Assembly: GCF_009914755.1 (NCBI RefSeq)
Contig: NC_060933.1
DNA: 64,000 bases
Direction: 5' to 3' (one strand)
Origin: the human T2T-CHM13v2.0 reference genome, Homo sapiens
The notes below the pieces were generated by a model, which made no database searches, was not told where the DNA came from, and saw only the letters and a list, made by a program, of their open reading frames with translations. The position numbers and the translations under genes are program-made. Positions within the stretch are counted from its first letter, which is position 1. Each line of letters opens with the position of its first letter. Of the stretch, positions 34,290-48,543 are shown one piece after another.

Positions 34290-34690
34290 TATTCATAAAA
34301 TAATTGTAACATATACAATATTCAAAAAACACACGTAACTTATAAGAATTACCATAAAATGAACAATTTCGTTCACACTGCCTATTTTTAAAAAAGAACA
34401 TTATCATTACCTTGAAATCTCCTATAGTTGTCCCACCTCACTTCAAACCTTCTCTCCCCCTCAAAATTAGTAATCATTATCTCAAATTTTGTGTTTATTT
34501 CCTTGCTTAACTTTATAGTTGTATACACTTTTGCATCTTTAAACTAGACACACACAAACACACATATACAACACACACGGCTATATGTTTTTGAGCTTTA
34601 TGTAAGTGGAATCATACTGTGTGCATTCTTCTGTGGGTTTTTTTCACTCAATGATATAATCCTGAGATTCACCTACATGCATTTAATTGA
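34290..34690 (-). mobile_element. Old L1M 3' fragment
   Basis: ttttgagctttatgtaagtggaatcatactgtgtgcattcttctg...cactcaa...ctgagattcacc. Confidence 0.7.
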
Positions 34691-36555
34691 AGGTAAGTTG
34701 GTTTTGTCAGCTCTGAAACATAAACACCATGGCCTCCAATGTTAATAAAAGCCACAGGTAGTCAGAAGTCAATAACCTCCCTAACCTATCCCAAGAGAAA
34801 AGAGACATTTGCAAATCAGTGTCAGGGTTTCCATAATGTAATGGTCCTGCTGGAAAACATTATTTTTTTTTCCATTCCTTTCACCACCCTACCTCCCACA
34901 GGGACAATGGGCACCGCCACCAATATCACTATGGAAAAATGTGTCCAGTGAAACATCCCTCTCAGTAAGCCAGGCATTCAAAACTCTCTGCATCCGGAGG
35001 GGGACAGGCTCAGCATGCTAGTCCTCTCCTCTCTGCTCTGCTCATCTCCTGCCAAATATCCTGTCCCAGCTCTGCAGCCAGATGAGGGATTCCCAGCAGC
35101 CGCTGCAGCCCACGTCAAACCCCTCCTGTATGTCATTGCCCTGGGCTGCACACTTGACCATGGCTTTCTCAGCTCACACCCACGAAGAAGAATGATCTTG
35201 GAGAAACTACTATCTTCTGATGTTCTGGATCTATCCTTTCACTTGGCATTTTGTTTCTGAGACAAATTTTCCAAGCCCAAAAGGCAACCCCACATAGAAG
35301 AAAGGTCATATCAAGAGCCACTTCCCCCTCATTTCAGCCGGATAAAATGAGAGTCTGTTCTGTTGGCATTCCACATATAGCATTTCCACTGCAGCTGCTG
35401 CTGGGAATTTCCCTTCTGAAGAAGACCGAATTAGACCCTCGGCCAGGCTAGCTGGCCATGAGGCATCTGAATTCCAAATGTCAAAGATTTCCATCCAAGA
35501 GGTTCCGATCTTTTGCTCACATTGCTCTGTTTGCAAAGGCATAATTAACAAGCCATGGACTTCTCCTTTCCAGGAAATCTATTTTCCTGGTCTCATGAAA
35601 GAAATTCCAGTTCTGTACCAGGCATTCTTTCTTCACATGTGACATCCCTGGGACTCAGCATCTTATCTCTGAAGGCTTCCTTAACCATCCCACAACTGCA
35701 GCATCACTGACTCATCCCTCCTCTGCACCCCTCACTCACTCTATATGAAGTGCACCCAAAACATATTCTTGCCTGTATTTACTTAGACCATTTGCTTCCT
35801 TATTTTGTTATGGGTTCCTTTAGGGTAGGAGAGTGTCATATCCATCTCTATATCCTCAGATTAGGCCAAGGCCTGGCACAGAAGAGGAAGCCAAGGAATC
35901 TATGAAGGTTGTCCTGAATCCCTTGCTCCTGGCCTACCCCACAGGTGACCTGGATGGCCAGCCAGAGTGTCAGATGAGCCACTTGGAGCCAGAGGGTATG
36001 CTCTAAGAGGCTGACATGGGTAAGTATCCTTCTCTGGAAAAGAAGCTGCAGAACATGAGTGAAACGCCAGGCCAGATTCCTGAGACAAAAATGAGTCCAA
36101 ACTGAGGATACCCGGCACTAACATTGAGTCTGAAATGTTAGTGTGGGAGAATCCCTGGGAGACAAAGCCAAAATAAGCTGGATACTAAAGTAAACCACAG
36201 CAGAACAAGAAGACTAGGAAGACTTAGAACCGTGAGCCAACCAGGCTTAAAGAGGGTTAAGGCAAATAGGTCATAACTAAATTTTGAATGGCCTTGAATG
36301 CTATGCTATGGTGTTTGGACATTATTCTGTTAGACAATGGCAAAATTATCCCCATGGCACTTGAAGTCAGTTGGCTTCCCCGAAATGGAGCCGAACTGCT
36401 TGAGAGGAGCAATGCCACTTCTTACAACAAAAGGAATTGAATTGGTATTCTGTCTCTGACTACAGTACCAGGGAAGGCACCTACTTGGCTCAAAAAGTCT
36501 TGGCACAATGTTGGATTAACTCCATAAATGAAACCCAAGCTGGCAGACTTCAAGC

Positions 36556-36580
36556 AGAGAGAGAGAGAGAGAGAGAGAGA
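36556..36580. repeat. (AG)n microsatellite
   Basis: Direct reading. Confidence 0.95.
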
Positions 36581-37109
36581 TGGGATAAGGCCCAGTGACT
36601 GCCTCCTTCCCCTTGATGGTTCTCTCACTCACTTATTCTCCGAACCATTATCCTCTGTAAAATGAGGATATTAAGTTTCTTTCCAGTTCATAATCTATGA
36701 AGCTAGAAGGCATTTTTTTTTTTTTAGAAACAACCAGATACAAAGCCTGCAACTGTACTTGTTGACAGTTTGCTAAGGGTTTTGTGGGACAGTGAAGGCA
36801 TCCATATTCCCAACATGTCAAATCACAACACTGAACAGAGCCCAGGCCCACGGCACTTGACATAACATCTACAGGGATCTGGAACCGAGAGGGCTTTGTC
36901 TGGACATATTTCTGAGAAACCTGGACACCATGTAGAGATTATCCCAAAGTGAGATCATCCTGACCAGATATGACTGGTTCCCATATCCTTACATCTAAAA
37001 CAAGATCATCAAATTCTGTTAAAAATTCCTAAGCCAAAAATCCTGGCCATTGACCTTATTTTATGAATAGAGTCTTGATAAAAACAGAAAGAAAAATGCA
37101 AGTTGAGCA

Positions 37110-37270
37110 TTTCAGACCAATAATGACCCTTAAGGTCATCCAGTCCAACATCCTAATATTACAGATGAAAAAACCAAAGCCCTAAGTGGGGACTAGCCTT
37201 GACCAATGTCGCATATCTGCAGAGAGGAGGAACTGGGAAACAAAAATCATGTCTTCAAACTTCAAATACC
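37110..37270 (-). mobile_element. MIR3/MIR fragment
   Basis: aggtcatccagtccaac...atttacagatgaaaaaacc. Confidence 0.6.
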
Positions 37271-39054
37271 AATCTCAAAAACAGATTCAAGCCTGGTATT
37301 ATTTTTAAATGACAGAATAATAGTAAAGTGTTATAAAATGGGAACAACATGGGAGAAAAGTTCAATTCAAACACTAAGAGGAAAAATACAAATAACAGAG
37401 AAAACGAACTTTTCAAATAGCTGATACTAACCAGAGAATACCAGGGCCAAGGTTAATAAATTACTTATCTCTTATGAAAATGTGAAATAAGGGTGATGAC
37501 GCTGGGGAGCAACCCGTGCTTTTAGCTCCTCTGGACCACTAATGTCAAGAGCATGGGAAGTTTAAATGGTTAGGCTTGCTAAACTGAAGGAAAGTGAAAG
37601 AAGGACTGGGTGCATTTTTGGATGGGCCCCCACTGGGGGGCTCCAAATGGGAATGTAGTAGGTGGGGGTAATGGGAGCCACCTCGTGAAACTTGACTTGC
37701 AAAGAATCTGCACAAATGTCCAGAACACTGAATTCCCTTCCCGAGCCTCAGTTTCCACAGCCCTGAAATGGTGATCATAAGACCCACTTCCCAGGGCATA
37801 ACGTTAGCAACATCAAAATCTCTGGTAAACCATGGTCTTATAGTAATAGAAGAGCACTGTTACTCAAGTTTTTATGGGACCAGGGAGGTTTGCTTGAGAG
37901 TCTATGATTTCTGAACCTGCTTTTTGTAACAAATAACAAAAATATTCCACAGAGGAATAGAAGAAATTTATCTTCAACAGGGAATAGAAAGAGGTATTTA
38001 ACAACCTATCAAAACAACCATACGTCTTGCTGCCTGCCAGATCAGTAAACAAACCATAAATTTAAATGGACAACAAAAACAAAAAAAAACAGAAAAAAAA
38101 TGTGCAGTTGTTTTAGAATAATGAGATTCTAATGAGCCACGCATCTTCTGTGCAATTACCTAAGCAGTTTCTTATTTGAGATGATATTTGGAAGACACCA
38201 GTGACAAAATGCTACTGCTAATCTGAACTGCTACATGTCACATTGTTCCCAAAGATGTTACCCTGGGAGGGACATCAACCTGGAGAACAGGACAGCTGGG
38301 TTCTCATCTCAGTTCTGCTCTGTCTTTACTGAGGCCTCAGCCACATTCTGTCCGCTCTGTTGGTCTTGGATTTCTGGTCTGTAAAATGAAGATTTGACCC
38401 AGAGGTGCAACTTCTGGATCCTGCCATGTTTAATTCTCAGTCTCTCTTTCTAGCTATTGAGTTTGGCTTGTTGCCTTCCTAACATACCAGAGTGAGAAAT
38501 CATCATGCAGTGGGGAGCTGGGCTCCCAGTGGACAGCGAATGGCAGGTTCTTTGGGTTTCTCTTCCTCTTTGGACAACTTCAGGAGATGAAAAGAAAAGA
38601 GATTTGACATGGTGTCCCAGTCTGGGACATTTCCCTTTTGGCATCTGCTTTCCTTCTTCATTTCCCTTTCCATACTACCTCAAACCCCACTCACCATTAG
38701 ATCACCAGTGCCCTCTACACCAGTCATTGACTGCCCCTCTCAAAACCAGAATGGAGAGAACTATACATGATTCTCAAAATACAATATTCACTCAAACTAA
38801 AACTCACCAATTACCTGGGCACAAGAGAAAACCCAGGAATCATTTCACATCTCTGACAATCAGAATATATGCAGACATGTTCTGAGTGGCCCTCAAAGAG
38901 CCCTAATTAAAACCAACAGGTTACAGGAGAGAGCTTTAACATAATAACACATCAGCCTATTTTATGTTCTTCCTAAATAGCATCCATTTAATAAAACTAT
39001 TTTGGTTCTGAAATATTTTCTTAAAATAAATATGAACATGATTATCTAACAGTG

Positions 39055-39056
<2 letters not shown>

Positions 39057-39086
<30 letters not shown>
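39057..39086. repeat. (GT)15 microsatellite
   Basis: Direct reading. Confidence 0.97.
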
Positions 39087-39091
<5 letters not shown>

Positions 39092-39329
39092 CACACTCTA
39101 GGTGTTGTTATATGCTTTTAGCCAGCAAGAACTCTCAAGCAGGTGGCATCAAAGGGAACTCTACCCCCATCCTTGAACTGAGTGTGCTCTGCAACATGTG
39201 TCGTTTATCTGTTATGACCTGTGTCTATGTATGCATGTATGTGTGTGTGTTTTAACCCGCAGTGGAATGCAAAACCTGTTTGAGACTAGCGCTGGAGTTT
39301 TCTAGAATTTAAAAAAATCTGTTGGATGT

Positions 39330-39706
39330 TGTATTAGTTTGTTCTCATGCTGCTAACAAAGACATACCCAAGACTGGGTAGGGTAATCTACAAAGGAAAG
39401 AGGTCAAATTGACTCACAGTTTGGCATGGTAGGGGAGGCCCCAGGAAACTTACTATCATGGTGGAAGGGGATGCAAATACATCCTTCTTCTATAGTGGCA
39501 TCAAGGAGAAGTGCAGAGCAAAAGGGAGAAAAGCTCCTTATAAAACCATAAGATCTCCTGAGAACTCACTCACTATCACAAGAACAGTGGCATGGGGGTA
39601 ACCCATGATTCAACTACCTTCCCACCAGGCCCCTCCCATGACATGTGGGGATTACGGGAGCTACAATTCAAGATGAGATTTGGATGGGGACACAGACAAA
39701 TCATCA
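39330..39706 (-). mobile_element. THE1 (THE1C/D-like) solo LTR
   Basis: tgtattagtttgttctcatgctgctaacaaagacataccc...ctacaattcaagatgagatttgg...atca. Confidence 0.9.
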
Positions 39707-40669
39707 GACTTTAAATGGCCATTAAATTGCAAATGTTCCTGCATTTTAAGACTCCAAGTAAGTGGATGAAAAAACTGAGATTGAAGACTAGCAGGTAATC
39801 AGGAGGGACTCTGCCAGATTGTCCCTGTTCTTCGTTTTCTGGACTGTATGCTGATTGGCGAAGTTTCTGCTCAGTGCCCGACTGTATGGGCACTTGTGTT
39901 GCTCCACAGAAGTGATCTGTTTGACCTACCCCTGTAAGCTGGAAGTTGGTCAGAATGAGCTTAGACGCAGAAAATACAGCGCATTATAATGCCTTGACTA
40001 CATTCCTACAAGATGTCCAGAATCTTAACCTATATTACATCCCTGCCGGATAGCCCAACTTCAAGGGCTCCTTACATTTCCTATTGCTCATTCAAGAACG
40101 TGTCCTCTAACTGTTCATGCAAGGCATCTTGTGAACTCTCAGAGAAGCTCTCAGAGACTCTCTTCTGCCTGTCATCTCCTAGGAGTTTTACCTCTCAGAG
40201 GCATCGTGCCCTTTCTTTACATAGTTAAGTTTGTGCTTATAACTCAGGTTTTTTATTGCTTTTCATTTTCACTTAGAAGGACGTAATCACTAATAACCCA
40301 CAATAAAATATTTGATTGGGAAAAAGATGATAAGCAGTCATTTAGAGACTGGTGGAAGACTTTTGATATTATATGATATTGTTGGCATCATAAGTGATCC
40401 TGCAGCCTGGAGAATTGAACAAGAATAATCCAGTGGGGGAAGCCATAACTGGAAGCATGTGGTTGGTGACTTTAAAGAATATGAACAGAACAGAAGAGCC
40501 ATAGGAACATGTTTTGACAGGAACCATGCTACAGAGACCCCCATATCATGCAGCGTCATTTAAGGGTCCCATTTCTCAAGTCGTACCCTAGTGAGAACTG
40601 CCACAGGTTTGGTAATGGCAATGGGCTATTTCCCAACACTGGAAGTTTTTGAACATCAGTTGGATGTGA

Positions 40670-41050
40670 AAAGATGAATGCATAGAGATGTTTATTTAAC
40701 ATTATTTACAGTGGTGAAAAAAACAGAAATAAGCTAAAGCCCAACAATAGATGATTTATTACCAAAATATGGTAAACGCATACCATGGAATACCATAAAC
40801 ATTATGATATAGGTATATATTTATTTATATAGGAAAATAGTGATAATATAGTGAACAAGCAGTAATGTATAGTTTGATCTCATTTATAGAAAAGACTCTA
40901 GGTAGCTATGCACCCAATTGCTAACTACATTTATCCCCGGGTAGTGAAATGACACTTACTGTTGTTGTTTTCATTTTGCTTGTATGTGTTTTCTAATTTT
41001 AAAAAGTGAATATATATTGTTTGTATAATATTTTCAGGTTAAAATAAATA
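40670..41050 (+). mobile_element. Old L1ME-like 3' fragment
   Basis: aacattatttacagtggtgaaaaa...ccaacaatagatg...ataccatggaatacc. Confidence 0.6.
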
Positions 41051-43859
41051 AATAAGGGTTGATTGGTTTTCATAGCACTTAAACCCTCCTCTAACATTGA
41101 GACTCTATGAAACTCATGACCTAAGACCATAAACAACTAATGTCTTCCTCCTCTCTCAGCTGGCCAACCTCTAACCTGGAGGATCTTTTGCATCCTCTGG
41201 ATATATGTCACCAGCAATAAACAGACAGCTGGTCCCTAGGACAAGGGGCTACACCGATAAGTCCCATGATCACGGCAAGAACTGTGATGGGCACAGCAGT
41301 ACCGAAGTGGCACATTCAAAGGGATGATATGGTCAAAATAACACCAGCACTCTGCAAATGATAAACAGGATGGAGCACCGCTTGACTCGGGTGAACTCTG
41401 CAGTTTTTCTTTTTGTTGTATTTCCCCATCTGCAAAACAAGGATTTGCCTTTGGGTCTCACAGGCCCCACGATACTGTTATCTTGAGTTGTTCAGTGCAT
41501 TGCAGAGGACGAGAGGACACCTGTTGGTTCTACATCTAAACACACCACCCACTCCAGGCAGCATAAACACTATCATCTGGAGTTGACGGATGAGATTTAT
41601 AGATATGTATGTAGAAGACAAGTTGAAAATTTGCAAGAAGTAGAGCATTATACTGAAGATAATAAATGTAATCCATTTTGTCAACAAAGTTGGCCAAGAA
41701 TTGTATTTTTAAATTAATTTGTAGAAGGATAAATACATTTAATTAGAGGCTGATATTCTAAATATCAGGTCAAGATTAAGGTCAATGTTAAACTCTAATC
41801 TTCATATCTCACAAGAGTGCTGAAGATTTAGTTCTGGGAAGATGATGGACCCGAAAGTCCTTTATATGCTTTGTGAAGGATTGTTACTGTTGGTATGAGT
41901 AATAGTAAGAAAACAATGTAAGTTGTCCTGTGATATCTTAAGAACACTAACTTTCACCAAAGGCCTGTTATTGCCTGCTGAGTTAAGATACACAGAACCA
42001 TGTTAGAAACATCATTGTTTTCTTTGCTGATAAAACTGAAGTCAACATCTAGAACCCCACAGAAACATGTAAAATATGAGGAAAAACATCTTCATAGGAC
42101 TAGGCATGTCAGCCCTTGCTTTAATGTATTAAAAATATTGTATCTGGAGGGAAATCATAATTCAAAATACTTCATGTACCACACCACTTCTGAAACAAAT
42201 ATTAAGATTTTAAGTGTCTAACAAATGCTTCATACAAAGTAATATTTATGAAGCCTCTATCTTGGCACTTCCATATGGTTTTCACTGTTGGCCTGTGAAA
42301 GGGATATCACAACCACGTTTTATGTACGAAAACTCAGAAGCTAAGAGTAATAAGGTGATCCCCCCAAGGATCCACAAGCAGAAACTTTCAGGGCCAGGAT
42401 TCTAATCCACATCTTTTGATTTCAAGACTCATGCCCTTTCTACTTTAAATGAGCTACCTGTCTTCTGCTCCACTGGGCAGCCCCATGATACACAGTATGG
42501 GTTTACTACTGGAAAATCCCTCATTTCTACAGAGAAGTGGCTTATGAAAAATGGTTTGTGCTAGGCAGGTCATCTTCTGCCCTACTTGTGACCTGCTGGT
42601 TGCCTAACTCATGATTACAGTGAAGTCACAGTTATCCTAATTGCCATCATCACAAGATCAAGCCATGCAGGAAAGGTGTTTCCTCCCAAACCCCAAGCAT
42701 TTGGACCATTGTTTATGACGGAAATAACGTTGGTGGCTGACCCGGGATAAAACAGCTGGTCACGTAATTTAAAATCATGTTCTATTAACAGGAAGATGTG
42801 CAGGTTCCTGATGCATAGGAGTTTATTTGCTGCTGTCATTCTTATTCAGGTTCCATCTGAGTTGAAAATGGAAATAATGAGTGTAGTCTACACTTAGATG
42901 CTTTGTCAGAATTAAGAGAAAAATGTTCTTCCCAAACTGATAGAAAACATTTGAGAAGTATTTTGGGGGCAATGGAGAAAGCCCAGGTTCTATAATCCCA
43001 TAAATCTGGGCTTTAATACTTGCTAGGTTATAAGATCTTGGGCCAGTTATTCAACCTTTTTTAACCTTAATTTCTTGGGGTGCTGACAAGTTTTTATACA
43101 TCTCACAGCTAGGTCCTCACAGAGCCAGGACTGTAATTCAGATTCCATCCAAGGGAGGCCTGCTGCACATTAACACAGATGTACATTTCAGAAGACCCAT
43201 GAAGTTGCACACACCGAGGGTGTGCTGGTGCAGAGTGGGGAGCCTGCCCTCACACTGAAGGATACCAGAGACCAGCTGATGGAGGAAGATGTATGAGAGA
43301 AGTTGTTTTAGGAAAATACACTGTTGATGAAATGAAGAGGCCCACATAAAGAATTCTAAGCTCAGAGGTATTTGATGAGTCCATCTGAGGTTCTGAGGGC
43401 AACCTCTCCATAGAGATTTTGTTCAGTTCCTTGAGAAAAACCAAAATCCTGAAAGCTCTCTAATCGCATGTCAATCAAACAAGTTTTTTGTCTGAAATGC
43501 ACTAAGCATTTGTGCCGGCCGGGCACTGGCATGCTCTCCCCAGAGAATTATCTAGAATCCAGAGGGAGACACAGACACAGAGACATGTACACAATGTCAA
43601 GCTGTAAACTAAGTTGGGTGGGAAGACTTTTGTTCAAAGCATGAACGAGAGCTAAGGAGAAAGCTTGCTAGCCTTAAGTCTCCAACTTTGGTCTCTAGAG
43701 TTAGGGATTATAACCTGTCTATCTCATGTGATAATGTTCTCTTTGATCTTGCTGTTTCCACTTCAGTTCTCCTCCTACTCCCTACTTTCTCCAATAATAA
43801 TAATAATAATAATACCCTCAGCTCCATTAGAAGGCATGCCATCAGACCCATCCCAATGT

Positions 43860-44310
43860 TTTCCTCATTTACTGAAGAGTTTGGAATTTTATGACTTGTC
43901 TTCTTGTCGCTTGTCTTATCATCTCTCTTGGTGATGTCATCATCCATGTAGATTACCCACTCATGGCTCTGGCCTCTCACTTACATCCTTAGTTTCACCT
44001 TGGACCTTACTAACCTGTCCTGCTCACCTCTGAAATTTCTTTTTTGACCATCCCACCCTAGGATGCTCACCTCCTCTCTTACCAGCTTACATCCTCTACC
44101 AGACCCATGCCAATAATTCTTTGGCCCAATTATGAACTCCAATTCACTGGGTCTACACATTTGTTCCTTTTCATCACCTCCATCATATCCTCACTTTCCT
44201 CTTACCAGGTGGGTTTCCATGATTTGTTTCATAATCACTCCCTTGCTCCTTCAAATCCCTTGACTCTCTCCATCAAACTCCCCTGGAAAAACTCCAACCC
44301 TAGTCTGCAG
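43860..44310 (+). mobile_element. L2 internal fragment
   Basis: cttggtgatgtcatcatccatgtagat, caccttggacctt, ataatcactcccttgc. Confidence 0.55.
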
Positions 44311-44636
44311 AATTGAGTAGGGGCCATAAGCACAAATTCTCCATATGTGTGAGACGATGTAGCTCCCCAATTAGAATTAGAATTAAAAGCCTAGACAAAT
44401 TCTGAGTGTGGCAACAATTCTTTCCAGCCAATGAGTTGACTGGCTTTTTGTACATGTGTTCTTATATGCAAGTAAAAAAAAAAATAAAGCATTGTTGACT
44501 TAGACAGATTAGGGAAAGGAGATAGGAAACTTATGAAAAATAAGTTTCTGGCTCTAAAACGAATATAGTAATTGGATCTGCTAAAGCAGCGCCAGGGAGA
44601 GGCCAGACAACTTGCATTCAATACATTGCCTGATGA

Positions 44637-44937
<301 letters not shown>

Positions 44938-45723
44938 GAGGATGCTTAATTTCTTAACAGAATCAATCTCTTATTAAAATATCATTCACTATCACCTTGT
45001 TAACTCTCAATATTTAGTTAACAAATTTCTTTGTAGAAAGAGGAGGAAAAGATAAAACTTATGGCACTTTTATGATCATAAAGCTAATAAATGTTCATCA
45101 TAGAAAATTTGAAAAATATAGGCAAGAAATCCCTGGAACAAAGTGAGCACCCAACAGTTAGTTATCTGTCCACATCATTAAAAGTTGTTTTTAAATATTA
45201 TAATGACTGCATCCTACTGATGCTAAAGAGCTAAGATTGAATTATTCCCCTATTATTGGACATTTAAATTGCTTCTTTTTAAAAATTATAAAAGCACTGC
45301 CAAGAATAACTTTGTAAAAACATCAGCGTGCACAATTCTAACTACTGGTTTTTGTTAAATCGAGCTTAAAGGGATATTTTAGTTTTAAGATTTTTGATCT
45401 GCAAATTGGCTTCTTGGAAGCCAATTTGTCTTCCAGGAAGTTTATACCTACTGGTGTTTTCACTCCCAGAGAGGAAGAGTTCTTCGGAGGGCAGACAAAC
45501 ACATAAAGTAGCTTGAAAAAAGTGAGAAGGTTTAAGTTTAGACCAGGCTAACATGGTCCCCTAGGATAAGACTACAGCTCACTCCCTCTCCACAGAGATT
45601 TGCAAGGATCATATGGCTCTGAAAGCTCACAGTGCCGTCCTTCAGCATGTGACAATTGCAAAATCAGCAAACGTCCTGGCCTGGTGCAGATCTCAGCTTC
45701 CCCATCTATACAATGATCTCTCT

Positions 45724-45940
45724 AGCAATGGTTCCCAGACTCAATGACACATGCCTTAAGAACATGTTAAAGTTCACAAAGCGTGCACACACACACACAA
45801 ACACACACATTCATACACATACATACACACAGCCGCATACATTTCTGCATTACTAGACCCACCCTGTAAAGGTCCAGACTCAGTCTTAGACTGGGGCTAG
45901 GAATTCCCATTTTCAACACTCTCCTTGGTAACTGTGGTAC
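45724..45940. mobile_element. MER5-like hAT remnant with internal (CA)n
   Basis: gcaatggttcccagact...ctggggctaggaattcccattttcaaca. Confidence 0.45.
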
Positions 45941-45970
45941 CGAAGAGCCTCTTAGCAGAGCAGGCTTCTG

Positions 45971-46525
45971 AAAAGATTTCTCACTCACTCACTTATTGAC
46001 GGCACTAGTTCCTCAGCTGTGATATTTTCACTAACTTCAGCTTGTCATAAAAATGATCGAAAACTTGGAAATAGGCAAATGAGGATGCTGTATATTCCAT
46101 CATGCAGTGCTGGGTTTGGCCCTCTATTGACAAGAGCTTTTCTACAGCTCGGTAGGGACACAGGATCACTTGCACATTTTCGTCTAATAGAGAGGCAAAA
46201 AACTCCTGTTTGGTGGAAAAGATGGCTCCAAGGATTGAGGCTGATGATGTGTTGGACATTGACCCATTTTGTATCTAACATAGAAATCTATTAAAGTGGT
46301 GTTATGTGCCTGGCTTCTCAATTACTCTCCAGACTGGTCATAGCATCTTACTAACTCCCTAATTAATTAATTAGTTGAATCGGTTCTTTAACATGTGTTC
46401 ATTTTATATTTGTTAGAGTCTAAAAATTATACCTGAACAGTATATCACGTTTTGTTTATCTTTTAAAGGAAAATATGTTTTCTTTAAAATATGGCTAATA
46501 TTAGGCAGCTAAAGTGCTCTCTTTT
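45971..46525. repeat. Left arm of long degenerate inverted repeat
   Basis: Reverse complement of 46950-47189 plus 48544-48743; ORF track shows matching peptides on opposite strands (SLTSACH..NRQMRM..IP.CSAG). Confidence 0.9.
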
Positions 46526-47189
46526 TAAATTTGATGGGGAAAGTTTTGAGAACATTTTTAAGACGAGTGGTACTTAATTTTTTAATGTTACATGATTATT
46601 TTGTCCTCAAACATATTCCAATATCAGTTTCTTTCAATGGATTCTCAAATGCATCTATCTATGTATTTTCATAATCCTGTGGTTTTGTAATCAAAACTAT
46701 TTGTTCCTTGGTTTTTTTCTTCCCTTAAATGTATGTTGACACACAGTTGAATATACAGGGAATGTATTTAGGCCTCCTTATCTACACTCCCCTGGCACTT
46801 CCTTCCTACCTCTAACCTCTGGCCCAAGATAGTAAGTGGCCCATGAGCTGCCCTGCCTTTCCGCTCATCTTTTCATTTGCAATTATAACAACAACAATAA
46901 CTCTTTGATTCAGCACGTACCAGGATTCGGAGAGTGTATGGAGGACTTTTATAGAGATCACCTTGGCTCTCTAATATTAGCCAATGCTGCCTTGTAATTC
47001 ATTAGATGTGACTGAATTTATTAATTCCACCAATACTAATAAACACAAAACAAAACATAGTTTCCTTTAAAAGATAAACAAAACATCACATACTGTTTAG
47101 GTATAATTTTCAGACTCTAATATAAAATGATCATGTGTCAAAGATCTTATTCAACTAATTAATCAATTATGGAACTAGTAAGATGTTAC

Positions 47190-48543
47190 TGAGAGGTGAC
47201 AGCATGCTGGCCGCCCTTGCAGCCCTCGCTCGCTCTCGGCGCCTCTTCTGCCTGGGCTCCCACTTTGACGGCACTTGAGGAGCCCTTCAGCCCACCGCTG
47301 CACTGTGGGAGCTCCTTTCTGGGCTGGCCAAGGCAGGAGCTGGCTCCCTCAGCTTGCAGGGAGGTGTGGAGAGAGAGGCGCCAGCAGGAATCGGGGCTGC
47401 GCACTGCACTTGCGGGTCACCTGGAGTTCTGGGTGGCCGTGGGCTTGGCGGACTCCGCGCTCAGAGCAGCCGGCTAGCGCTGCCGGCCCGGGCAATGAGG
47501 GACTTAGCACCCAGGCCAGCAGCTGTGGAGGGTGTACTGGGTCCCCCAGCAGTGCCGGCCCACCGATGCTGCGCTTGATTTCTCATCAGGCCCTAGCTGC
47601 CTCCCGGCGGGACAGGGCTCGGGACCTGCAGCCCACCATGCCTGAGCCTCCCCCGCTCCATGGGCTCCTGTGCCGCCCGAGCCTCCCCGACGAGCGCTGC
47701 CCCCTACTCCACGGCGCCCAGTCCCATCGACCACCCAAGGGCTGAGGCCTGCAGACACACCGCACAGGACTGGTAGGCAGATCCACTGGGTGAAGCCAGT
47801 GGGGCTCCTGAGTCTGGTGGGGACTTGCAGAACCTTTATGTCTAGCTCAGGGATTGTAAATGCACCAATCAGCACTCTGTATCTAGCTCAAGGTTTGTAA
47901 ACACACCAATCAGCACCCTGTGTCTAGCTCAGGGTTTGTGAATGCACCAATCGACACTCTGTATCTAGCTACTCTGGTGGGGCCTTGGAGAACCTTCATG
48001 TCTAGCTCAGGGATTGTAAACACACCAATCAGCACCCTGTCAAAACAGACCAGTCCACTCTACCAATCAGCAGGATCTGGGTGGGGCCAGATAAGAGAAC
48101 AAAAGCAGGCTGCCCAAACCAGCAGTGGCAACCCGCTCGGGCCCCCTTCCACAGTGTGGAAGCTTTGTTCTTTCGCTCTTTACAATACATCTTGCTACTG
48201 CTCACTCTTTGGGTCCACACTGCTTTTATGAGCTGTAACACTCACTGCGAAGGTCTGCAGCTTCACTCCAGAAGCCGGCGAGACCACAAGCCCACGGGGA
48301 GGAACAAACAACTCCAGACGTGCCGCCTTAAGAGCTGTAACACTCAGCGTAAAGGTCTGCAGCTTCACTCCTGAACCAGCGAGACCACGAACCCACCAGA
48401 AGGAACAAACTCCGAACACATTCGAACATCAGAAGGAACAAACTCTGGACACGTAGCCTTTAAAAGCTGTAACACTCACCGCGAGGGTCCGCGGCTTCAT
48501 TCTTGAAGTCAGTGAGACCAAGAACCCACCAATTCCGGACACA
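47190..48543 (+). mobile_element. ERV9 solo LTR (LTR12C/E-like), 1354 bp
   Basis: tgagaggtgacagc...GC/CpG-rich U3, tandem tctagctcagg..caccaatcagcac repeats, U5 gctgtaacactcac repeats, ...aattccggacaca; 4-bp TSD ttac/ttat. Confidence 0.96.
47830..48110 (+). promoter_or_regulatory. LTR12 U3 enhancer/promoter repeats (CCAAT/NF-Y, GATA)
   Basis: Five ccaat boxes in tandem repeats, gggtgggg box, gataag at ~48090. Confidence 0.75.

Noticed and set aside
46019-46294. Paralogous peptides at 46019 (+) and 48557 (-) suggesting a duplicated gene
   Set aside because: The similarity is a by-product of the DNA inverted repeat; frames diverge at indels and starts are non-ATG
47186-48419. Several 60-156 aa ORFs and a CpG island suggesting a gene promoter or first exon
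   Set aside because: All lie within the GC-rich LTR12; typical spurious ORFs
47830-48480. CRISPR-like repeat array
   Set aside because: Eukaryotic context; these are the known U3/U5 tandem repeats of LTR12, without unique spacers or cas genes
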